Positions 1 to 10,537 are shown, counted from the stretch's first letter. The stretch: 64,000 nucleotides of DNA from Candidatus Levyibacteriota bacterium (GCA_016214555.1 JACROF010000012.1:4343-68342); one strand, 5' to 3'. Notes: generated by a model from the sequence alone, not told the origin. Translations and numbers: made by a program.

Positions 1-74
1 TATTCTGGGTTGGATAGGAATCATTGTACTATCATTTCCTGTGGCATTTATCATATCTTTAAAAAAAATCCGTA

Positions 75-614
75 TTAATTTTTCTTAACAACATCGCCAA
101 AACTTTTATATAGTTTTTGAATTTTTGGATCGATGACGATTCGACAATAGGGATTGGTTTGATTGGAGTCGTAATAACCTTGATGGTACTCTTCTGCCTT
201 GGTAAATGACACAAAAGGAATAATCTCTGTCACTATGGGACTTTTGTATACTCCCTTTTTTGTTAATTGTTCTTTAGTAAGCTGCGCAAGCTTTTTTTGA
301 TTTTCATCGTGATAAAAGATAATTGATCTATATTGAGTGCCAGAGTCTGCTCCTTGACGATTAAGAGTTGTTGGATCGTGGAGTTTCCAGAAAATCTCAA
401 GAAGAGTCTGATAGGAGATCGTTTTTGGATCAAAGGTTAGCGTTATTGCTTCTGCATGTCCGCTTTTTCCTCTACTGACTATCTCATAATTCGGATTTGA
501 TGTTTTGCCACCGCTATAGCCTGAGATGACTTCTCTAACCCCCTTGAGTCGTTTAAATATCGCTTCGGTACACCAAAAACATCCACTTGCAAACGTTGCT
601 TTCTCAAGAGCCAT
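75..614 (-). CDS. msrA: peptide methionine sulfoxide reductase MsrA
   Basis: 179 aa; N-terminal GCFWC active-site motif typical of MsrA; overall MsrA-like sequence. Confidence 0.8.
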   Translation of the reverse strand: MALEKATFASGCFWCTEAIFKRLKGVREVISGYSGGKTSNPNYEIVSRGKSGHAEAITLTFDPKTISYQTLLEIFWKLHDPTTLNRQGADSGTQYRSIIFYHDENQKKLAQLTKEQLTKKGVYKSPIVTEIIPFVSFTKAEEYHQGYYDSNQTNPYCRIVIDPKIQKLYKSFGDVVKKN

Positions 615-635
615 GTCTCAATTATACGCGATGTA

Positions 636-1136
636 TTGATATTTGCTATAGTATCTACTATGAAACAAAAAGTAATTGTATTTATAATTTTACTTCTTCT
701 TTTTTCTTCTTTGTTTTTTCTAAATTCTGGTTCAAAATCTCACACAGTGCCTCAGCAAAAACCTACCCCAACCTATATTGAAGGAGCCGCTGAGGCAAAG
801 GTTGTGACCATTAAATTTTTTCAACAGTATGATTCTTGCGTAAAGGAAAAGCACGATAAGACCATAAGTGAACAACAGGAGTTTTGTAGAAAAAGCAATA
901 TTTACGGATCATCAGCGTTAATTAAAAACGTATTATCGCTTTCTGATGAGAAAATAGATCCAGTTATCTGTTCTTCACAACTCCCATCAGGATATCAGGT
1001 TTTTGGTGAGAAAAATAATGCTGGAAGAGTGAGCCTTCGTGTTGCTGAAATGTTTGGCACAGAATCATTTGAAGTAAATGTGCAGGTGGTAAAAGAAAAA
1101 AATGAATGGAAAATAGATAAGATAATCTGTTCTTAG
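636..1136 (+). CDS. hypothetical secreted/membrane-anchored protein (likely starts at internal M, MKQKVIVF...)
   Basis: N-terminal hydrophobic signal/anchor then soluble domain with several Cys; no recognisable family. Confidence 0.4.
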   Translation: MIFAIVSTMKQKVIVFIILLLLFSSLFFLNSGSKSHTVPQQKPTPTYIEGAAEAKVVTIKFFQQYDSCVKEKHDKTISEQQEFCRKSNIYGSSALIKNVLSLSDEKIDPVICSSQLPSGYQVFGEKNNAGRVSLRVAEMFGTESFEVNVQVVKEKNEWKIDKIICS

Positions 1137-1140
1137 ATCG

Positions 1141-1413
1141 TTGACTTCTCAGCCACAATATGCTACTATAGGTTCTCTTATGAAATCTGAAGAAATTTCA
1201 CCGCGAATTGTTATGATCGTTCTGGGCATGATTTTGTCATTTGTAGCTTTCTATTTATCCCTTGTGAGAGTCGATGGAGTAATTCGTAATAACCAAATTA
1301 ATAGCTGTGCAGCAATGTCGAGATTTGAAAAGAATGATAAAAACGATGGATCAACAATAATGTATCCTATACGCGATGTGTTTGTTGATTGCTTAAAGAG
1401 AAAAGGGCTTTAA
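1141..1413 (+). CDS. hypothetical small membrane protein
   Basis: 90 aa, one predicted TM helix; ORF only. Confidence 0.25.
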   Translation: MTSQPQYATIGSLMKSEEISPRIVMIVLGMILSFVAFYLSLVRVDGVIRNNQINSCAAMSRFEKNDKNDGSTIMYPIRDVFVDCLKRKGL

Positions 1414-1432
1414 TACTACTTTATCTAAATGG

Positions 1433-1810
1433 CTATCCAAATAGCTGTTTTTTTAAAGAGATAAAAAGTTTTCCCCAAAAACCTGCTTTTTGAAATTTCT
1501 TATAATCTTCCTTCTTAAAATAATCAATTGTTCCAGGCAATGGAGGATCAATCCAATTTGAGAGAATAAGCCATTCTCTTTTTTCATTTTGCTTGGCAAT
1601 AATTGTTACAAGCGATGGTCCAAATCGTTTTTGAAGTTCGATTGTTCCGGGATTTTTTCCTTGAATATTTTTATCTGGCGATGAGAAGGCTTGCCATGCT
1701 AAATCTTGAGATAAGCCTCGTTGTCCCAATCGCTCAAGAGCATGATTTGTCCAGATAGCACCTTTGTAAAGACGAACAGCCTCAGACATAGAATAAAACC
1801 ATTCTATCAA
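1433..1810 (-). CDS. hypothetical protein
   Basis: 125 aa ORF, non-repetitive composition, no family recognised. Confidence 0.35.
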   Translation of the reverse strand: MIEWFYSMSEAVRLYKGAIWTNHALERLGQRGLSQDLAWQAFSSPDKNIQGKNPGTIELQKRFGPSLVTIIAKQNEKREWLILSNWIDPPLPGTIDYFKKEDYKKFQKAGFWGKLFISLKKQLFG

Positions 1811-1815
1811 ATGTA

Positions 1816-2586
1816 TTACAGAAGTGAAATGGCGTTTGATAGTTCCATCTCACCTATTTTTGTCCTATGTATCATGTAAGTACAAGCGCCACATCCTACT
1901 CGCTCTCCAAGTTCATTAGCAAGGGAGCGAATGTAGGTTCCGCTTGAAACAGTTGCTTGAAATGTCACAACATGAATTTTTTCATGTTCTTTTGAAATTG
2001 CTTCTATTTGTTGCCAGTTTGCAATAATTTCTTTTTGTCTAAAATCTCCCTTGACGCTTTTTATTTCTTTAATAATATTTTGGATGAACTTTTTTTTCGT
2101 TTGTTTTTTGATATCAAGAAAAACAAAATCAAAAATTTTTATTGGATGATCGGGGATCTTTATTGTAGAGAGTTGATTTTTTCTAGCCCAATAGAAAAGA
2201 GGTTTCCCCGCAATAGTTTTTGAGGAATAATTCGGATAAGCTTGGGTATTTTTTGCAAGGAAATACGGTACTTCTTTAGTAATTTTTTCTTTAAGATTTT
2301 CTGGGACACTATTTGTGGATAAAATTTTCCCCATGTGGTCATACGTGTCTGTTTTAAATCCAAATAGGATTGAGAATGTATATACCTTTGTTAATTGCTC
2401 AAAATTTTGTCTTTTTTTATTAGCTTCACCAAGTAATAATAATAAAAGTCCTTGTGCCATTGGATCAAGTCTGCCAGCATAGCTTACTTTTTCACTTGGT
2501 GGAATTTTGTACTTTTCTCTATAAAGATTTATTGCTTGAAGAGGGGTTAAGCATTTTGGTTTGTTGACCAGCACTACATTTGACAT
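1816..2586 (-). CDS. truB: tRNA pseudouridine(55) synthase TruB
   Basis: RLDPMAQGLLLL motif (catalytic Asp region) and C-terminal GTYIRSLANELGERVGCGACTYMIHRTKIG, both characteristic of TruB. Confidence 0.75.
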   Translation of the reverse strand: MSNVVLVNKPKCLTPLQAINLYREKYKIPPSEKVSYAGRLDPMAQGLLLLLLGEANKKRQNFEQLTKVYTFSILFGFKTDTYDHMGKILSTNSVPENLKEKITKEVPYFLAKNTQAYPNYSSKTIAGKPLFYWARKNQLSTIKIPDHPIKIFDFVFLDIKKQTKKKFIQNIIKEIKSVKGDFRQKEIIANWQQIEAISKEHEKIHVVTFQATVSSGTYIRSLANELGERVGCGACTYMIHRTKIGEMELSNAISLL

Positions 2587-2692
2587 GCGCAGATTATATC
2601 ATTGATGTGTTTTATCAGATATTCTAAACAATAGATCAAGCTAAATCTCCTTGCCTCTTGTCAAAGACAGATAAGTGTTATAGAGTAACAAA

Positions 2693-3304
2693 ATGATTGA
2701 CCAAGAGTACCCTCAGTGTAGTCATGACGGATCTCCGCTTGTAATAAAACAGACAAAGAGGTCTCCTGAGCAGCTGAAAAAATCTTTTTATTATTCTGCT
2801 TACTATTTCTGTCCACGCTGTAAAAGAATATACCATGACGAAAAATTTAAAGTGGTCTCAGAGAGGCCTACTCTTTTTAATGCGCCAAATAGTAAAAAAA
2901 TATTTGATATAGAAATATGGACTGATGGAGCATGTAGTAGAAATGGAGCGCCAAATGCAAAAGCTGCATGGGCATTTGTTAGCGGTAAACACGAAGAGGC
3001 AGGATTGGTTGATGGAAAGCAGACTAACAACAGAGGTGAGGCCTTAGCGATCTACCACGCTTTAGTATGGGCTGCTTCAAAAGGTTACAAAAAAATTAAG
3101 ATTAATTCTGATAGCCAGATTACCCTCCATGGCGTTGCTAAAGACCCAAAGAAAGTAAAAGAAAATCGTGATATTTTTGAGAGGATTTATCATACAGTTT
3201 TGAAGCACAACTTAGAAGTTGAGTATGTAAAAGTACTTGGTCACTCTGATAACAATGATAACAATAGAGCTGATGCTCTTGCCGTAAAATTGTCTTTAGA
3301 ATAA
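2693..3304 (+). CDS. rnhA: ribonuclease HI with N-terminal CxxC..CxxC zinc-ribbon domain
   Basis: RNase H fold motifs (IWTDGACS...GEALAIYHAL...INSDSQ...LGHSDNNDNNRADALA) preceded by about 65 aa containing CSHDG..CPRC. Confidence 0.7.
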   Translation: MIDQEYPQCSHDGSPLVIKQTKRSPEQLKKSFYYSAYYFCPRCKRIYHDEKFKVVSERPTLFNAPNSKKIFDIEIWTDGACSRNGAPNAKAAWAFVSGKHEEAGLVDGKQTNNRGEALAIYHALVWAASKGYKKIKINSDSQITLHGVAKDPKKVKENRDIFERIYHTVLKHNLEVEYVKVLGHSDNNDNNRADALAVKLSLE

Positions 3305-3396
3305 GCAAGTACTACTTTCTTCAAAGATGAGTGATTCCTAGTAATTGATGTATTAATTATCGTAGTAAAATCCTATCAATTCGCTATACTGAGTAA

Positions 3397-3945
3397 GTGA
3401 TTTTTTATCTTTTATTTGTCATAACAATTGCGCTTTTGCTTCTTCTCCTATCAATGGTTTGGCCACCAGATAGTCCATGGTCGCCATGGTGGAGAACAAA
3501 TAAGAAAACTGCATTGAAAATTATCAAGCTCGCAAAAATTACTGAAAAAGATTTTATTGTCGACTTGGGATGTGGTGATGGGACGGCATTAATAACTGCA
3601 GCAAAGAATAAGAAAGCGCATGGTGCTGGAGTTGAGATTGACCCCTTTCGAGTATTAATCGCAAAAATAAGAGTGCTTTTAGGTGGGGTTTCAGATTTAA
3701 TTGTCATTAAAAGAGGAAATCTTTTTGATCAAGACATATCAGGCTCATCATTAGTTATTGTTTATCTTATTCCAAAAACACTAAAAAGACTTAAGAAGAA
3801 GTTTTTTGCGGAATTAAAGCCTGGGACTAAAGTCATCAGCTACATGTATCAAATAGATTTTTTACCTGAGGTGGTGCGTGATGAAGATAGTCATGTTTAT
3901 GTTTATCTGATACCAAAAAAGCGAACTAACACTGAAAAAAATTAA
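3397..3945 (+). CDS. class I SAM-dependent methyltransferase with N-terminal TM anchor
   Basis: VDLGCGDGTALITAA glycine-rich SAM-binding motif I; N-terminal hydrophobic helix. Confidence 0.6.
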   Translation: MIFYLLFVITIALLLLLLSMVWPPDSPWSPWWRTNKKTALKIIKLAKITEKDFIVDLGCGDGTALITAAKNKKAHGAGVEIDPFRVLIAKIRVLLGGVSDLIVIKRGNLFDQDISGSSLVIVYLIPKTLKRLKKKFFAELKPGTKVISYMYQIDFLPEVVRDEDSHVYVYLIPKKRTNTEKN

Positions 3946-5290
3946 TGGTGTTAGAAATACCTTCTGAGCGGAATGGAAATTTTTTTATAAGGGTGCAATT
4001 ATTTTTAATGTCTTTGGTGGTCACAATATCAGTATATATTTCTTGACTGATCCCCAGCTCTGGATACGATACCCCTTCTGTGATAAAAAACCCATGATTT
4101 CGCATTAGATCTTTAGTCAGGTGATCTGCATTAAGATAGCCTTTTCTAAAAATATTACTGTTCGTGTCGACAATTTCATTAAGAAGAGGTTTATTTGTTG
4201 CAAGAGCGAGCGCTGGGGTAATTCCGTTAACACCGTACAATACTTTTGGATTTTCTTTATTAATCGTTTTTGTCATTGACTCAATGTCAATGTTTTGAAG
4301 GCTATGATAGCCTGAAAAAAATATCATAATATTTACTATTGCAGCAACTCCAATTATTGTTGTTATGAGATTTTTGTTTATTGAAAAACGAGCGAGAAGA
4401 TCTTTGACAATTTCAGGAAATGAGAGAATAAGTATTGGTATCATAACAACAAGATAGAGATAATAGCTGTCTTTATAGAATAGAAAAAATAGGAGTGAAA
4501 AGAGAGAAAATAATCCAAAGAACAATCTTTTTTTGATCCAAAAAATATTCGCAAACATGAGCAGGAATATAAGCGGATCGTGTTTTATTGCAAACCAAAA
4601 AATATGTAATTTACTAATCCCTTGAGATCTTGTAAGAGAATAAAAAAACACATCTTTCAAAAGATCGTTATAGGCAAGTAGTAACGATGGCAATAAGATG
4701 ATTGCTATGCAGGATAAAAATCCACAAATAAATTTTATCATCCCCTCCCTTTCTTTTATTAGTAGGATACATAAGTAGGAAATCAAAAGAGGAAGAGAGT
4801 ATGCCTTGCTAAGTAATGCAAATGCAGTGAATACTCCTGAGCTGATGTACTTTTTTTCTTGAAAAAATAAATAACTTAAAACAGTACTCAGGCACACTAA
4901 AAAAACTCCGGTCTGATGTTGGGAGGTTGCAAGTATAATAAATGAAAAAAGAAAAATAATAACACCTTGAATGGCATAAATTCTTGGTGATGACTTGATA
5001 ATTATTTTGTAGATAATTAATGCGGTAAATGATGATTCAAAAAACGCTGTTGAAAAATAGAATAAAAGATTTCCATGTGATATTAAATAATAAAAAGATG
5101 CAATATATGGAACAAGAGGAAAGTTAGTAAAAAATACGTCTTTGTAAAGTATTTTTCCAGACAACAATTCCTTTGCTGTATAAAAATAGATGCTAGTATC
5201 AGATGCGCGGACATGAAGAGTGGATAGTTTAATTACGAGAAAAAGTACTAAAATTAGAAAAGGAAAATATTTTTTTAGAAGATAGATCAT
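3926..5290 (-). CDS. polytopic membrane protein, putative GT-C-type glycosyltransferase
   Basis: 454 aa, at least 10 hydrophobic helices followed by soluble C-terminal domain; family not resolved. Confidence 0.4.
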   Translation of the reverse strand: MIYLLKKYFPFLILVLFLVIKLSTLHVRASDTSIYFYTAKELLSGKILYKDVFFTNFPLVPYIASFYYLISHGNLLFYFSTAFFESSFTALIIYKIIIKSSPRIYAIQGVIIFLFSFIILATSQHQTGVFLVCLSTVLSYLFFQEKKYISSGVFTAFALLSKAYSLPLLISYLCILLIKEREGMIKFICGFLSCIAIILLPSLLLAYNDLLKDVFFYSLTRSQGISKLHIFWFAIKHDPLIFLLMFANIFWIKKRLFFGLFSLFSLLFFLFYKDSYYLYLVVMIPILILSFPEIVKDLLARFSINKNLITTIIGVAAIVNIMIFFSGYHSLQNIDIESMTKTINKENPKVLYGVNGITPALALATNKPLLNEIVDTNSNIFRKGYLNADHLTKDLMRNHGFFITEGVSYPELGISQEIYTDIVTTKDIKNNCTLIKKFPFRSEGISNTINFFQC

Positions 5291-6879
5291 TGGTTGTGTA
5301 ATTGAGTTTTTAGTTGCATAAAGAATTGATCTGCTTCCCCTAAGTCATCTAGTTGTTTATCTATCCAGTCAATGCCGCTGCTATTTTCTATTTGCTTGTA
5401 GATTGCATATAGCTTTATATATGAAAGATAAAATGAAGGGTCAATCTCTAAAGATCTTCTATATTCTTTTTCAGCTTCATGTAAATTCCCTAATGAAAGA
5501 TAGGAGTTTCCTAAATTGTAGCGAGATTCGGGATAAGCATCTACAAGAGAAATAGCTTTCTTGTAGGTGATTATTGCATTTTTTGAATCACCATTTTCAG
5601 CATAAGCCATTGCAAGATTGTTGTAAGCTCTCGGGCTTTGAACATGTTGGATTGTTTGGAGATAAAATTTAATTGGGTCGTGCCAGTCCTGATTTCTCGT
5701 AATAGTTCTATACATAAGAAATAAGATATATATGGCAAGAGGGATGAGAAGAAGGTAAAGAAAATTAACATTTTTTTTATAGAGAGAGTAGATGATGTAA
5801 GAAAATAGAAGAAAAAAGCCAACTGATGGAAAGTATAAAAAATGTTCATAAAAAATTCCATTAATAGGAATAAGTCCTGATGTTGGAATAAATGAAATTC
5901 CTATCCACGAAAGAGAAAAAAGAACTATTGGATTTTTTTCACGTTTTAAGTACGCAAATATAAGTGATACAAGTAGGCAAAGAGGTACAATAATCGTAGT
6001 TATTGTACCACGCAAAAAAATAGATATTCCTGAATCTCTTTCCATGAAAAGATTTTTTGGATAGGCAAGAAGATGCAGGTATGTTGGAAATAGATTGATA
6101 AAAGTATTGATTCGAACAAAGATATTTGAGGAATAAATATTTTTAGAGTTATAAAAATTTAATGTATTTGCAAAGTTAAATACTGTAATTCGAAGAAAAA
6201 AGTAGCAAAGAGTAATAAGTGCATAGGGAATTGTGGTAATGACTGCTTTTTTAAGATTATGTTTGTTAAAAAAATAATGAGTTGTTAAGAGTAGTCCAGG
6301 CAACATGAGTGCAATTTCTTTTGAGAGTAGCGCCAGTAAGAGAGAAAGAAAAGATAAAATTTTTGCTTTTTTTTCAGAAGATAGTGAAAAATAGAGAGTT
6401 AGCATGCAAAACAAAAAACTGAGAGGATCCCCTCTTCCCGATGCATAAGAAACAGCTTCGGTTTGAATAGGATGGATAAGAAAAAGCAATGATGTCAAAA
6501 ATGAAAGAAGCCGTTTGTGAAAAAGTTTTTGGAGGAAAAAGAACAGAACTATTCCACCTGCAAAGTGGATAAGGAAACTATTTAGGTGATAAATAAATCC
6601 GTTGTTGCCAAAGAGATGATATTCGATACTGAATCCTAAAAATAGTATTGGTCTAAAATAATTACTTTCTTTTCCTGCTCCTGAAATAAGGCTTTCAGAA
6701 AATATTTTTTGAACATCAAATGTTTTAACGAATTGATTATTGTAAATGAATTGCTCATCATCGAAAAATAAGCCATTTCCTAGGGTGTTTGCGTAGCAAA
6801 AGAAAGTTAGAAAAAAAAGAATTGTTATTAAATAAAGAGATGAAAGTTTTGACAACTTTTTGATAAATTGGATTGACAT
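5287..6879 (-). CDS. polytopic membrane protein with C-terminal TPR repeats (PMT/ArnT-like GT-C + TPR)
   Basis: 530 aa; many TM helices; C-terminal AYNNLAMAYAENGD...YNLGNSYLSLGNLHEAEKEY TPR-like repeats. Confidence 0.45.
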   Translation of the reverse strand: MSIQFIKKLSKLSSLYLITILFFLTFFCYANTLGNGLFFDDEQFIYNNQFVKTFDVQKIFSESLISGAGKESNYFRPILFLGFSIEYHLFGNNGFIYHLNSFLIHFAGGIVLFFFLQKLFHKRLLSFLTSLLFLIHPIQTEAVSYASGRGDPLSFLFCMLTLYFSLSSEKKAKILSFLSLLLALLSKEIALMLPGLLLTTHYFFNKHNLKKAVITTIPYALITLCYFFLRITVFNFANTLNFYNSKNIYSSNIFVRINTFINLFPTYLHLLAYPKNLFMERDSGISIFLRGTITTIIVPLCLLVSLIFAYLKREKNPIVLFSLSWIGISFIPTSGLIPINGIFYEHFLYFPSVGFFLLFSYIIYSLYKKNVNFLYLLLIPLAIYILFLMYRTITRNQDWHDPIKFYLQTIQHVQSPRAYNNLAMAYAENGDSKNAIITYKKAISLVDAYPESRYNLGNSYLSLGNLHEAEKEYRRSLEIDPSFYLSYIKLYAIYKQIENSSGIDWIDKQLDDLGEADQFFMQLKTQLHNQ

Positions 6880-6884
6880 ACACC

Positions 6885-7898
6885 TTATTTAATCTGGAGA
6901 AGTAGTGACCTAAGCTTGTCTGAAACAACATAGAGTTGATAAAGAAGAGGATTAATCACGAGGTCGTAGCTACCAATAAATTCAACGTGTGATGGTCTAA
7001 ATCCCTGTTTGAATCGATGAAAACCAAACCATGGATCAAGCTGATCTGGCTCTGGGCCAAGCGCGCCCCACATGTCAAATTTTTTAAGCCCTAATTTTTT
7101 ACCAAATTTTATTGCTTCCCACATCATAAGGGTCGATGCCATCGTTTCTCTATGTTCACTACTTGATGCACCATATGGATAATAAAGCGTGTCTTTAAAA
7201 ACAAAAAGAACCCATGCTGCAAGCGTTTTCATGTTGTAGTTTGCTATAAGAAGGTGTGAAGATAGCTCATTGCTGGACGCAGTATGTTTGAGAGTCTGCC
7301 ACTGCGCAGTGTGGTAACTAAGGGAATGCGCGTAAAACTTTTGTCTTTTGGTTGTTTCTTTCATAAGGTTAAGATATGTTGTAAATGCCTCATCGGTATT
7401 TTTTTCAGAAACAGATACGTTATATTTTTGAGCAACTTTGATGTTATATCTAGTCTTGGGATGAAACATCTTTAGGAGTTCATCTTCAGATTTAGTGAGG
7501 TCAAGAAGAAATGTATATTTTGTAAAAAGAGGATGTGCAGCTTTCTTAAGCGGTAAAGTCTCTAATATATCTTGATATTCTTTTGAAAAAAGTACATTCG
7601 GTTCGAGCTGAATAAATATGCATTTTTCTCTTTTTCCAATTTTCCTGAGCTCATCAAGCATTTTTTTATCAGGGAAAACTCCTTTTGGAACATACCCAAT
7701 TGACCATATGGTTTTGGGTACTTTGTGAAGTGTCATGGTGAATCCGTCAACAAGATTTGTGTTATCAAACTTTCCTTCTCGAATTACTTTGAGTCCAGTT
7801 TTTTCTCTAAATGTGCCCCATTCATATGATTGAAGTGGGTGAGTAACAAGTTTGTTATATTGTTTTTGCAAGAGATCGGAAAGTGGAAGGAATTTCAT
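6885..7898 (-). CDS. FemAB-family peptidoglycan interpeptide-bridge aminoacyltransferase
   Basis: 337 aa; KTRYNIK and YGASS motifs and overall FemA/FemX-like organisation. Confidence 0.55.
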   Translation of the reverse strand: MKFLPLSDLLQKQYNKLVTHPLQSYEWGTFREKTGLKVIREGKFDNTNLVDGFTMTLHKVPKTIWSIGYVPKGVFPDKKMLDELRKIGKREKCIFIQLEPNVLFSKEYQDILETLPLKKAAHPLFTKYTFLLDLTKSEDELLKMFHPKTRYNIKVAQKYNVSVSEKNTDEAFTTYLNLMKETTKRQKFYAHSLSYHTAQWQTLKHTASSNELSSHLLIANYNMKTLAAWVLFVFKDTLYYPYGASSSEHRETMASTLMMWEAIKFGKKLGLKKFDMWGALGPEPDQLDPWFGFHRFKQGFRPSHVEFIGSYDLVINPLLYQLYVVSDKLRSLLLQIK

Positions 7899-7927
7899 CT
7901 TTATTATATTGTAGCAGTAGCAAGATC

Positions 7928-9772
7928 CTAGAAGTAGTCTTTTGATGTGAATTCAGAGAGAATACTTCTGTTGGTATTTTGTTTGATAAGCTCAGCGGGC
8001 AGTTCAATGACAAAGCGAGAAATCGTATTCGTAGTTTTTTGTCCAAAAAATAATCTTCTTCTGGCATGAGTAAGAAACAGTTTATTTTTTGCTCTGGTTA
8101 TCCCTACATAACAAAGCCTTCTTTCTTCTTCTAGTTCGTGCTTATCCATCAGGGAGCGAGAATGAGGGAAAAGTCCTTCCTCCATACCTATCATAAAGAT
8201 GATGGGGAATTCAAGCCCTTTTGCTGCATGAAGAGTCATCAGGGTGATGGCATTTTTTGAGCTTTTATCCTTTGAAGATGCGTATTCCTGCTCAACAAGT
8301 GAGACATTCTCTAGAAATTCTGTGCTGTCAGGGAAAGCGAGCGCAACAGAGCGAAGCTCCTTAATATTTTCAAGTCGGGCCCTATCATCTTCATCTTTGT
8401 CATCATAGAGATCTAGATAAGAAGTTTCTTCCAAAATTTTATCAAGCAGTTCTATAGTTGAGTGATTCTCAAGTGCTGTATTCCTTGTGAGGAAATCAAG
8501 AAATTTTTGCATTCGTTGCTTTCCAATCTTTTCAATTCTTTTAAGAGCTATAGTTTCATTTTGATTGATAGCGTGTCGAAGGTACGAGAGTACATCTTTA
8601 ATTTCTTTTCTTTCATAAAATCGTGTCCCACCAATAAGAATATAGGGAATGCCGTGATGGAGAAAAGCTTCTTCAATTACACGAGACTGTGCGTTGGTCC
8701 TATAAAGAATGGCTACATCATGAAGGCTGCTGATTTTTAATTCGATAAGAGTTCGAATAATAAAATCTGCCTCATCCTGTTCATTTATTGCTTCATAAAT
8801 TTCTATTGGGTCTCCAGAATCATTTTCAGTCCAGAGCTTAAGGACAGGATGGGAGGTGTTTTTTGCAATGATGGCTGTTGCGCTATCAAGAATTTTTTGT
8901 GTTGATCTGTAGTTTTGTGAGAGAGAGAAAGTTTTTGCATGCATAAAATCATTGGTAAATTTGATAAGATTTCGATAGTCTGCTCCTCTCCAGCTATAAA
9001 TACTTTGTGCAAAGTCTCCTACAACGCAGATCCGTTGCTTTTTTCCAGTCAAAAGTTTCGTTAAAACATATTGCGCCCTATTGGTATCCTGATACTCGTC
9101 GATAAGAATATAGTCAAAATGTTCTTGATATTTACTTAGAACATCAGGATGTTTTCGAAAAAGTCTTACCACTTGAAGGATAAGATCATCAAAATCTAAA
9201 GCGTCATTTTCTTTTAGAATTTTTTGATAAAGAGGATATATTTTTGCAACTGCTTCTTGGAAAACCCCTCTTGCAAATTGGTGATATTCATCGTCAAAAA
9301 TGAGCTCGTTTTTTGCCTGAGAAATAGTTGCAAGAATCGAATGCGGTTTGAAATCTTTGGTCGAAATCATCAGTTTTCCCATAGCATCTTTTATGACCTC
9401 TATCTGATCTGAGTCATCATAGATGCTAAATCGTGTTGAAATTCCAAGATATGAGCCATCCGCACGAAGGATACGTGCGCAAAGTGAGTGAAATGTTGAG
9501 ACAAGAGGTTGTCCAGATATTTTCTTATCAGCGTGACCGGCAATAAATTTCTTAATTCTCTCTTCCATTTCAAGAGCCGCTTTATTGGTGAACGTCACCA
9601 TAAGAATTGACTCAGGGGTAATGCTTTTTTCAAGTATCAGATACATGACTTTATAGGTGAGAACTCTTGTTTTTCCTGAGCCAGCTCCAGCAAGAATAAT
9701 CATAGGACCGTCAGTATATTCGACGGCTTTCTTTTGTTCGTCATTTAGGCCATTGAGCAGCTGTTCATTCAT
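7928..9772 (-). CDS. ATP-dependent DNA helicase UvrD/PcrA family
   Basis: 614 aa; Walker A AGAGSGKTRVLT, UvrD-like helicase motifs throughout. Confidence 0.85.
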   Translation of the reverse strand: MNEQLLNGLNDEQKKAVEYTDGPMIILAGAGSGKTRVLTYKVMYLILEKSITPESILMVTFTNKAALEMEERIKKFIAGHADKKISGQPLVSTFHSLCARILRADGSYLGISTRFSIYDDSDQIEVIKDAMGKLMISTKDFKPHSILATISQAKNELIFDDEYHQFARGVFQEAVAKIYPLYQKILKENDALDFDDLILQVVRLFRKHPDVLSKYQEHFDYILIDEYQDTNRAQYVLTKLLTGKKQRICVVGDFAQSIYSWRGADYRNLIKFTNDFMHAKTFSLSQNYRSTQKILDSATAIIAKNTSHPVLKLWTENDSGDPIEIYEAINEQDEADFIIRTLIELKISSLHDVAILYRTNAQSRVIEEAFLHHGIPYILIGGTRFYERKEIKDVLSYLRHAINQNETIALKRIEKIGKQRMQKFLDFLTRNTALENHSTIELLDKILEETSYLDLYDDKDEDDRARLENIKELRSVALAFPDSTEFLENVSLVEQEYASSKDKSSKNAITLMTLHAAKGLEFPIIFMIGMEEGLFPHSRSLMDKHELEEERRLCYVGITRAKNKLFLTHARRRLFFGQKTTNTISRFVIELPAELIKQNTNRSILSEFTSKDYF

Positions 9773-9825
9773 ACATTATGATAAGAAGTAGTCATTAAGT
9801 AGTTTTGTAAAACTCATTGTAGCAT

Positions 9826-10524
9826 ATGAAAAAACTTTTTCTCGTTGCGAATTGGAAAGAACATAAAACTTTATCTGAGGCGCATCAATTTATGATCTCA
9901 TTTTTAGGAAATGACCTTCTTAGTTATCTTGCAAAAAATGTTTCTGTTGATAGAAAAATAATTCTTTGTCCTTCATTTATACTTCTTCCAGAATTAGCAG
10001 GGTTGCTCCATGAATTTCATTTGTCGGGCAAGATAAAACTTGGTGCTCAGAATATTTCGCCATACCCAGATGGCCCCCATACAGGTGAAGTGTCTGCGCG
10101 TCAAATTGCTGAATTCGCATCGTATGTTATTATCGGCCATTCAGAAAGAAGAAGAGAATATAATGAATCAGATGAAATTTTGGAAAAGAAGGTTTCAGCT
10201 GCTTTGGAGCAAAATATTACTCCTATTTTTTGTGTTTCAGATAAAGATGAGTTTATCCCATCAGGAGTAACGCTTGTTGCATATGAGCCAGTCGATGCTA
10301 TCGGTACAGGATCACCTGATGATCCAAAGAGTGCTCAAGCAGTTGCTAGTTACATAAAAGAAAAAAAACATATTCATTATGTGCTTTATGGAGGAAGTGT
10401 GACATCGAGAAATGTTGATTTGTATATCCAACAACCTGATATTGATGGTGTATTGGTCGGTGGAGCAAGTCTTGACCCTGTTGAATTTTCACAAATTATT
10501 CAAAATGCGAATCCTTTGTTATAA
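9826..10524 (+). CDS. tpiA: triosephosphate isomerase
   Basis: VANWKEH, IIGHSERR, AYEPVDAIGTG TIM signatures. Confidence 0.85.
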   Translation: MKKLFLVANWKEHKTLSEAHQFMISFLGNDLLSYLAKNVSVDRKIILCPSFILLPELAGLLHEFHLSGKIKLGAQNISPYPDGPHTGEVSARQIAEFASYVIIGHSERRREYNESDEILEKKVSAALEQNITPIFCVSDKDEFIPSGVTLVAYEPVDAIGTGSPDDPKSAQAVASYIKEKKHIHYVLYGGSVTSRNVDLYIQQPDIDGVLVGGASLDPVEFSQIIQNANPLL

Positions 10525-10537
10525 TCGATAAATCACT

